Origin: Octopus sinensis
Lineage: Eukaryota
Direction: 5' to 3'
DNA: 12,791 bases
Assembly (NCBI RefSeq): GCF_006345805.1
Contig: NW_021826440.1
Span: 1-12,791, forward strand
Shown here: piece by piece, positions 1-8,084 of the stretch
How the letters are laid out: every line of letters begins with the position of its first letter
How positions within the stretch are numbered: the stretch's first letter is position 1
Program-made: the position numbers and the translations under genes
The notes under the pieces: generated by a model
The model's input: the letters and a program-made list of their open reading frames with translations, nothing else
Databases searched by the model: none
Told to the model about the DNA's origin: nothing

Positions 1-263
1 CGTTGACTCATCGTAGACATTTTTAGAGAGAGTTACTTCCCTTATATATAGCGGAAAAATGCATTAAAATGGAAAAAAATGATGGTAATTTTTTTTTTAA
101 ATCGTAGACTCATCGTAGACGCGCGCTAATATCCAGAAGGGCTCGATATGAATCACGACTACAAGATACCCGGTTTTGGTTACACTGCACCGCAAAATGT
201 GGGAGTAGTTAGGAACCTAAATCGTAGGAGACAGACACGCAACTTCACTTTTATATATAAAGA
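1..263 (-). mobile_element. Probable 5' portion of a non-autonomous Helitron-like element, running off the left window edge
   Basis: Minus strand from 264 reads A^TCTTTATATATAAAAGTGAAGTTGCGTGTCTGTCT. A|TC followed by an AT-rich TATATAA segment and a GTCT-type stretch is the usual 5' end of invertebrate Helitrons. Internal direct repeat GACTCATCGTAGAC at 5-18 and 107-120. The 3' hairpin/CTRR end is not in the window. Confidence 0.5.
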
Positions 264-281
264 TATATACATTTGTGATTA

Positions 282-356
282 GTGTGTGTGTGTGTGTGTG
301 TATGTGTGTGTGAGTGTGTGAGTGTGTGTGTGTGTGTGTGTGTGTTGTGTGTGTGT
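282..356. repeat. (TG)n microsatellite
   Basis: Directly visible, with a few interruptions. Confidence 0.95.
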
Positions 357-394
357 ACACGCACACTAACAATATATATTATATATTATATAAA

Positions 395-624
395 GGCGGC
401 GAGCTAGCAGAAACGTTAGCGCGCCGGGCGCAATGCTTAGCGGTATTTCGTCTGTCGCTACGTTCTGAGTTCAAATTCCGCCGAGGTCGACTTTGCCTTT
501 CAACCTTTCGGGGTCGATAAATAAAGTACCAGTTTCGCACTGGGGTCGATATAATCGACTTAATCCATTTGTCTGTCCTTGTTTGTCCTCTCTATGTTTA
601 ACCCCTTGTGAGTAGTAAAGAAAT
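395..624 (+). mobile_element. Full-length tRNA-derived SINE, family A (Octopus-type, Nin/Deu-domain-like body), tail type 1
   Basis: Head GGCGGCGAGCTAGCAGAAACGTTAGC with B-box-like GAGTTCAAATTCC. Body GCCTTTCAACCTTTCGGGGTCGATAAATAAAGTACCAG resembles the Nin/Deu SINE domain. Five further homologous copies occur in this window. Confidence 0.88.
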
Positions 625-806
625 GTATTTCGTCTGTCGTTACGTTCTGAGTTCAAATTCCGCCGAGGTCGACTTTGCCTTTCAACCTTTCGGGGTCGAT
701 AAATAAAGTACCAGTTTCGCACTGGGGTCGATGCAATCGACTTAATCCGTTTGTCTGTCCTTGTTTGTCCCCTCTATGTTTAGCCCCTTGTGGGTAGTAA
801 AGAAAT
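625..806 (+). mobile_element. Head-less tandem second copy of the family A SINE (182-bp duplication of 443-624)
   Basis: GTATTTCGTCTGTCG...AGTAAAGAAAT recurs with a period of 182 bp and only a few substitutions. Confidence 0.92.
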
Positions 807-953
807 ATATATACATTTGTGATAAGTGTGTGTGTGTGTGTGTGTGTATGTGTGTGTACATGCACACTTCCAATATATATTATATTTATACATACACGTA
901 TATAAATATGTACATGTCACACGCACACACGCATTGCCTATGCAGTATATAAA

Positions 954-1170
954 GCGGTAAAGCTGGCAGAATGGTTACGGTGCCGGATAGAAATATTTAA
1001 CGACATTTCATCCGGCTTGACGTTCTGAATTTAAATGCTGCCACAGCAACTTTGCTTTTCATCCTGTCGAGGTCGATAAAATAAATATCAGTTGAACCCT
1101 AGGGGGGTCGATGTAATCGACTGGTGCCTTCCCCCACAAGCGCTGACCTTGTGCCAAAATTGGAAACCAT
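954..1170 (+). mobile_element. Diverged full-length family A SINE, tail type 2
   Basis: AGCTGGCAGAATGGTTA head, ACGTTCTGAATTTAAAT, CTTTTCATCCTGTCGAGGTCGATAAAATAAATATCAG body, tail CCTTGTGCCAAAATTGGAAACC. Confidence 0.82.
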
Positions 1171-1178
1171 TGGAAACC

Positions 1179-1347
1179 GGTATTGGTGTGTTTACATCTA
1201 CGTAGTGTAGCGGTCCGGCAAACGATTCCAATAAAATAAGTGGTAGGCTTAAAAGAAATAAGTATTGGAGTCGAATCATTCGACAACAAATTCTTCAAAG
1301 AGATGCCCCAGCATAGCCGTTGTCTAATGACTGAAACTAGTAAAAAA
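1179..1347 (+). mobile_element. 3' half of a family B SINE (CORE-type, OR2-like)
   Basis: TGGTGTGTTTACATC...ATGCCCCAGCATAGCCG...AATGACTGAAACTAGTAAAA aligns by eye to the reverse complement of about 2735-2890. Confidence 0.8.
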
Positions 1348-1349
1348 CA

Positions 1350-1446
1350 ACACACACACACACACACACACACACATGCATACATACATACATACGTACA
1401 TACATGCATATATATTACATATACATACATGTATATGTATATGTAT

Positions 1447-1538
<92 letters not shown>

Positions 1539-1786
1539 ATATATATAGATATATATATATTGTATGTATATATATTATATGTATGTATATATATATAAAT
1601 ATAATTCGAGACAATTTAATTTATTTAATTTATATTAAAATTTATGTATTGATTAAGTCTTTCCTCCTTGTTTGTTTTAAAATAGTGGTTTTGTCTCGAA
1701 TATATTATATAATATTTTACTATAAAATTGGATTTAACCGTAAATCTGATTTTTTCCCTGTAATTTTGGATTCATTCCCTAATATT

Positions 1787-1826
<40 letters not shown>

Positions 1827-1914
1827 TTTATTTTTTTTATGTTTATGTTTTCCAGTTTCAGCTCTTGAGCTGTGGCCATGCTGGGGCACCGCCATTTATT
1901 ATATATGTATATAT

Positions 1915-1996
<82 letters not shown>

Positions 1997-2080
1997 ATCC
2001 TGCTTCCATATTTCCTGAGCGCCTATTAATAATAATACTGTAATTGTTCCACTGTTGTTTTTTTGTTTTCCGTTTGGATT

Positions 2081-2142
<62 letters not shown>

Positions 2143-2200
2143 AAATAAAGTATATATATATTCTATACTATCTGTATATTATATATATATATAGAGAGAG
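1350..2200. repeat. Compound microsatellite region: (CA)n, (TACA)n and several long (TA)n runs
   Basis: (CA)n from 1350; (TA)n at about 1448-1600, 1788-1820, 1900-1996 and 2086-2138. Confidence 0.95.
1855..1893 (-). mobile_element. Short 3'-terminal fragment related to the family B SINE
   Basis: GTTTCAG...TGTGGCCATGCTGGGGCACCGCC matches GTTTCAG...TGCGGCCATGCTGGAGCACCGCC at 2741-2779. Confidence 0.7.
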
Positions 2201-2236
2201 AGATAGTGAGTGAGAGAGAGGTGTATAAAATACATG

Positions 2237-2342
2237 TACTTTGTTTCAGTCACTAGACCTATGGCCATGCTGGGGCATCGTTTTAAAGAACTTTTAATTG
2301 AACGAATCAACACCCGTGCGTATTTTTTTAGCCTGGTACTTA
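2237..2342 (-). mobile_element. Diverged 3' fragment of a family B SINE
   Basis: TTGTTTCAGTCA...GGCCATGCTGGGGCATCG...AGCCTGGTACTTA is colinear with about 2739-2833. Confidence 0.75.
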
Positions 2343-2456
2343 CACACACACACACACATACACACACAACACACACATGCACACACACACACACATACAC
2401 ACTCACACACACATGCATATACACGCACGCATACACGCACATACACACACACACAC
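2342..2456. repeat. (CA)n microsatellite, imperfect
   Basis: Directly visible. Confidence 0.95.
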
Positions 2457-2479
2457 GTTAATATACATATATGCATAAA

Positions 2480-2688
2480 GATGAGCTGACAGAATCGCTA
2501 GCATTCCGAACTTGATGCTCAGCGGCATTTCGTCCGGCTTTAACGTTCTGAGTTCAAATTCCGCCGAGGTCGACTTTGTTTTTCATCTTTTTCAGGGTCT
2601 ATAAAATAAGTATCAATCGGGCACTGGGTCAATGTACCCGACTAGCCACCCCCACTCCCAATTTCAGGCTTTGTGCTTACGATAGACA
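2480..2688 (+). mobile_element. Diverged full-length family A SINE, tail type 2
   Basis: GAGCTGACAGAATCGCTAGC head; ACGTTCTGAGTTCAAATTCCGCCGAGGTCGACTTTG is identical to the copy at 395; tail AATTTCAGGCTTTGTGC. Confidence 0.85.
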
Positions 2689-2710
2689 CTTTATACATCC
2701 ATACACGTAT

Positions 2711-3140
2711 ACTCTTTTTACTCTTTTTACTCTTTTACTTGTTTCAGTCATTTGACTGCGGCCATGCTGGAGCACCGCCTTTAGTGAAGCAAATCGACCC
2801 CAGGACTTATTCTTTTTGTAAGCCCAGTACTTATTCTATCGGTCTCTTTTGCTGAACCACCAAGTGACGGGGACGTAAACACACCAGCATCGGTTGTCAA
2901 GCAATGCTAGGGGGACAAACACAGACACACAAACACATACACACATATACATATATACATACATACATACATACATATATACGACAGGCTTCTTTCAGTT
3001 TCCGTCTACCAAATCCACTCACAAGGCATTGGTCGGCCCGGGGCTATAGTAGAAGACACTTGCCCAAGTTGCCACGCAGTGGGAGTGAACCCAGAACCAT
3101 GTGGTTGTTTAGCAAGCTACTTACCACACAGCCACTCCTG
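2711..3140 (-). mobile_element. Full-length family B tRNA-derived CORE-type SINE (OR2-like) with an internal (TATG)n microsatellite and a candidate 7-bp TSD
   Basis: Minus strand: CAGGAGTGGCTGTGTGGTAAG (A box), GGTTCACTCCC (B-box-like), CTTGGGCAAGTGTCTT (CORE-like), and a tandem GAGTAAAAA-type tail. CACGTAT flanks both sides (2704-2710, 3141-3147). The family name is from recall. Confidence 0.88.
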
Positions 3141-3389
3141 CACGTATGTGTCAGTGACCTTGCTAATGTTTACCGGCGTCAATTCGAGGCGTTAAGGTTT
3201 GGCTTTTTAACGTAAAGACCGTAAAGTAGTTCTTTTTTTTTTTTATGTATGTGGGTTGAACTTGTGCTAATCAATGTTTGTATGGGGAGGGGGAGGGGTA
3301 GATAATAGGAGTTAAAGGGTGTGTCGGTGTGAAATAAGGGAGTGAAGGGTGGGGCATTTAATTCATTAACCCGTAAAGCAATAATTTTT

Positions 3390-4817
3390 TACCCTCCCTC
3401 TCCTTGTACATCTCTTCTCCTATACGTCACCTCTCACCTGACACCACCGCATGATTTCATCCTACTCCTCCCCTTCTCATGTAACCACGTCACTACTACA
3501 ACTACAACCACCACCACCGCCGCCGCCACCACCACCACCACCATCACCGACTCCTACCTAACTCGTTCTTCTCGTATTCGTCATTTTTTCTCTACCTCTT
3601 CCACCTCTTCTTACACATCTTACTCCGCCTCCACCTCCCTCTTTCTACAACTCTTCTTGCTCCTGCTCCAACTCCCTCTTCCAGCAACTCTTCTGCTCCT
3701 ACTCGCGTCCTATCACCGACACCATCGTCTTTCACTACTATCTCCATAATCGGTCTTCCCACCACACACGCACACACACACACACCACCGCCACCGCCAC
3801 CACCATCATCTTGGTCATTGCAAATATCAACGTATTCATAACTCCCCGACCATCATCATCCATCCCTTTCATAATCATCACCAAGGTCGTCTTCATCACC
3901 ACCATCACCACCATCATCACCATTTGAACCAATCAAAAACATCTATCTGGTTGCTCGATCTGCTAGACATAGAAACCAAACCGATCAATCGTCTTTAAAT
4001 TACAGATATTTTCGGATAAGGTCACGATGGTCACGACTTCAATTTCTTTTTTTTTTTCATCGTGGGGTCTCAACCACCACCAACAGCACAGTCATCGCTA
4101 ACGTCACCACCACCACCACCACCACCACCACCACCATCACTACCACCACCACCACCACCACCACCACCACCACCATCATCATTATGATTAATAACCACAA
4201 GTTCCCATCATTCCCATCATTCTCATCACCGCCACCACCACTTACATTTGCCAACACTACTTTCATCACCGACACTGCAGTCACCACCACTACCACTACC
4301 ACCCCTCCAACGTAATCACTACAATTATAATCACTACAGCTACTACCACCGTCACTAAGAGCAAGCAACACCATCTTCACCGACTACTCACTCCATTGGC
4401 ACTGTTTCTCTGCCAAGCAGCAAGAATAGCCGAAAATGCCATTTCCATCAACAGCCCTTACCACCACCACCACAACCACCACCAGCACCACCATCACCAG
4501 CACCACCACCAGCACCACCACCACCACCACCATTACGACTATCAACAACACTGCACGAAAACTCGCTATCAACGTTGCCTCTATTTCCTGTCCTGCCCTC
4601 TACCTATCACTATCAACTCCACCTCCATTACCCCCCCTCCACGCCTCCACCCACCCCCACTCTCACACACACACACACACACATCTCACCACTATCACCA
4701 CCACTGCAACACTCACACATACATACATACATACATATATACACACACAACTCCCATTTACTCTACTGCACACGCACGCTGACATACATGCAACATTGCC
4801 TTCATTACTACCACAAT

Positions 4818-4848
<31 letters not shown>

Positions 4849-5226
4849 CACGCACACGCATTCAATTACTCCAACCCCATCTCCGACAAACACGCGCTCG
4901 ACACGGACTCTTTTACCCCTACAGAGACACGTCAGCAACCCTTCCCCTCTCCCCCATACTACTACCACCACTACTCAGAAGACACAGCGCGCGTATACAC
5001 ACAGATACACACACACACACACACGCACACACACACACACAATGGCACAACCTCCATAACCACACCACTACCACTACCTACACTATTTCCTCTGTACTGT
5101 TACTACCACAATACTCACTACGACACCACCACTATTTACCTCTATGTTGTGACTACTATAATACTTCGCCCCCATCGTCACCATTTACAGTCAGACAGAG
5201 AGAGAGAGACAGAGAGAGAGAGAGAC

Positions 5227-5263
<37 letters not shown>

Positions 5264-5797
5264 CAAACAACATCGCCCTTACTTTTCCCTCGCCCCAACT
5301 CTTACCACCAACGCCGCCGCCGCCGCCACCGTCAGCACCCATATTATCACTACTACCTTCACCACAACCCGAACCCTAACCCTAACCCTACTTCCGCTGT
5401 CACTGCTACAGCCCCACCACTCCCCCAACACTACCTTCATCAACACCTTCACTGACCTTACCATTCCTTGCCTTCATGTCAAATAACCAATTTTCTTGCA
5501 ATCACCACCACCACCACCATCACCACTACCACAGACCACCACCATAGAACAGGCTACTACCACCACTACTGCACACACAGTGCACCCACAACCACAGCTG
5601 CACAGCCCATCACCGCCACTACCACATTGTCCAACAACACCACTACCACCAGCGCAGTACATTCCCACCACCACCACCACGCCGCCAGTACTGCCTTCCG
5701 ACTGCAGACTTGTTTCTGTTCAAAGCTTCTTTTCTCCTCTCTCTCTCTCTCTCTCTCTCTCACTCTGCTTCTCTCCCTCTTTATCTATCATTCAATA

Positions 5798-5874
<77 letters not shown>

Positions 5875-7030
5875 GCCTGTCTATCTATCTATCAGCCTAT
5901 GTGTTACTGTATCTCCCTCTGCCTTCCTCACTCACTCACTCACTCACTCGCTCACTCGCTCACTCACACATTCACTCACTTATATAATCACTATCCCTCC
6001 ACATTCTATTTTCGAGTAAACAATGAAGCAAAACATAAAAAAATACATACTAAAATCCCACCCCCACTTCTCACTCCCTATCACTCTCTCTCACTCCCTC
6101 TCACTCTCTCTCTCTCTCTCTCACTCCCCACACTCCTACTATAACACTACTACGATCTCACATTCCCATTCTATACATTTTATAGTTTTGCCTCTCTCCT
6201 TACTCGCCCTACCACTCCTCTTTTCCCTTTCAGTTTTCTCTTTCCTTTTTCTTTCTTTGCCATATTACAACTTCCTCTCTCTCTCTCTCTCTCTCTCCTT
6301 CTCCCTCTCTTTGTCACTTTCCTTCACTACTCTCTCAACCTCTCTTTCCCGCCTCATTAGCTCACATTCTCAAACCTTACATCACCCTCCATCTTATTAC
6401 CTGCATTTCTTTCACTATCCCTCTTTTTTTTTTTCACTCCCTCTTCCCCTTCCTCTTATTCACTGACACTGCTACACTTTTCTCTTTCCCTCACTCACAC
6501 ACGCATCCTCTTTCCCCTCCTTTTATTTTCTGACATTTACGTTCGTCTCCCTCCTCCTCCTCCTCCGCACTCCTCACTGATGTCTTTCTTTCCTCTACCT
6601 CACTATTCAACTCCCCCTTTCCTCTATATCTTCTCTAATAATTCCTATCACCTCCACCTCCACCTCCTTCTCAGACGCTCTCACTTTCTCTCATCACCTT
6701 CAGCTTGTCTTTCCTTCTTCACCTCCACACAGCTTCTCTTGCTCCCTTCTCTTTTCACAATATTTACCCCTTTCCCCCTCTCACTTCCCCTCTAGTTTCA
6801 CCGTTTCCTTCTCCCCCTCCACACTTCTTTGTTTTCTCGTTTCTTTTTCTTCCCTTCCTTTTCCTTTCTACAACACCTTCCCAGCTTGTTTCATTTTCTA
6901 ATCTCATAATCACTCCCACCACCTTAAACTGTCTCCCATTCCCTCTCCCTTTTACTCTCACCCATTCCCTCTCTCTCTCTCTCTCTCCCTCTTTCTGTCG
7001 TCCCCTCTCTCCCTCCTCTTGCATTTTTCC
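3390..7030. repeat. Large G-poor low-complexity block: (ACC)n/(ATC)n/(ACT)n, (CA)n, (GA)n at 5197-5260, (ATCT)n at ~5796-5892, (CACT)n, and a ~1-kb CT-rich tract at ~6060-7030
   Basis: Directly visible. It accounts for the poly-T/H/V/S/L pseudo-ORFs in the track. Confidence 0.93.
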
Positions 7031-7032
7031 AG

Positions 7033-7267
7033 ATGGTTTATTAAATGTCGAATGAAGAAGAGCAGCAAAACCAGTCAGCCGTCACCACCCCACGGACAAC
7101 TGAGACAGCTGAGGACACGAGTCTGGACATTTGAGGAGAGAGTCAGGCTAGAAACAGACAATTGCTGTAGTGAAGAAGAGCTGAGCTCAATGATGATGAA
7201 GAGTGATCGCCCAACACCAGCAGCAATAACAACGTCGGAAACAGCTGCATCGCATCATCAGCAATAA
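7033..7267 (+). CDS. Candidate terminal coding exon of an unknown host gene (WFIKCRMKKSSKTSQPSPP...AASHHQQ*)
   Basis: A long polypyrimidine tract ends in TTTTTCCAG (AG at 7031-7032), with an abrupt switch to complex sequence. Only one of the three frames stays open, to TAA at 7265-7267. No recognisable domain. Confidence 0.3.
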
Positions 7268-7344
7268 TAACAACAGCAGCAGCAAAACCATCAGCATCAA
7301 TGGCATCCAGGAAACAATATCAACAGTCAAATGATGAATCAATA

Positions 7345-7660
7345 GGAGGGGGGTAGAAGGGGGGAGAAGAAGGAGGAGGAGAGAAGGAGGAGTAGGGGAT
7401 AAGAAGAAGAAGGGGGGACGAGGAGGAGGAGAAGAAGGAGAAGAAAAAGAAGAAGAAGAAGAAGGGGGGACGAGGAGGAGGAGAAGGAGAAGAAGAAGAA
7501 GAAGAAGAAGAAGAAGAAAAGAAGAAGAAAAGAAGAAAAAGAAGAAGAAGAAAAAAGAAGAAGAAGAAGAAAAGAAGAAGAAGAAAAGAAGAAGAAAAAG
7601 AAGAAGACACAGAGAAGAAGAAGAAGAAGAGGAGAAGAAAAAGAAAAGGAAGAAGACTGA
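7345..7660. repeat. Polypurine (GAA)n/(GGA)n tract, ~315 bp
   Basis: Almost purely A/G on the + strand. Confidence 0.95.
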
Positions 7661-7860
7661 AGTAGGAGTTGGATGGCGAACTACATCATCAGCAACAATA
7701 ACAGCACCAGGGGTCGTAGCAACAATAACAACGAGCGAGCCTCTACATGGTTGCTTCAGCTATCAACATAGAACCAAATATTTCCTTAAGAAGGAAGAAC
7801 ATAATAGAAATCTAAGACCTACGAAGCTGGTATTCGTAATTCATGGCATAATTAAAAGTA

Positions 7861-8080
7861 CTGTAATCCCTTGACTATCGCGGCTGTTACGTTCCAAAAG
7901 CCTCCGCGACAGGTGAAAATCCGCGAAGTAGAAGCAGTACTGTGTGTTTTTTTTTTAATTATTTTTATAATTTGTATATATTTATTTTATTATAAATGCA
8001 AAACAACACCACGGATGAATCGACGTAAGCTTAAATAATTAAACCGCGATAGGTGAACGGTGATATGGCGAGGGATTATC
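7861..8080. mobile_element. pogo/Tigger-like MITE (Tc1/mariner superfamily), 220 bp
   Basis: TA at 7859-7860 and 8081-8082. Imperfect TIRs CTGTAATCCCTTGACTATCGCGG and CGGTGATATGGCGAGGGATTATC. Subterminal direct repeat CCGCGAYAGGTGAA at 7904-7917 and 8044-8057. AT-rich non-coding centre. Confidence 0.75.
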
Positions 8081-8084
8081 TATT

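Noticed and set aside
395-485. tRNA gene
   Set aside because: The A/B-box-like motifs belong to SINE heads; there is no convincing cloverleaf and they continue into SINE body sequence.
3147-3380. Possible enhancer (TGACCTTG, three CGTAAAG copies, G-runs at 3284-3298)
   Set aside because: The motifs are too short to support a call without conservation or chromatin data, and the fourth G-run is too distant for a canonical G4.
1240-6466. Long ORFs in the track (217, 207, 303, 183 aa etc.) resembling mucin-like, His-rich or membrane proteins
   Set aside because: They are translations of microsatellites that lack stop codons, open in several overlapping frames on both strands, with no domain signal.
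7034-7060. WFIKCRMKK resembles homeodomain helix 3 (WFQNRRMK)
   Set aside because: The near-invariant Asn51 is absent, no helices 1-2 are visible, and the match is too short to exceed chance.
7320-7610. Minus-strand Phe/Ser-rich ORF, or a + strand Glu/Lys-rich coding stretch
   Set aside because: Both are translations of the (GAA)n tract.
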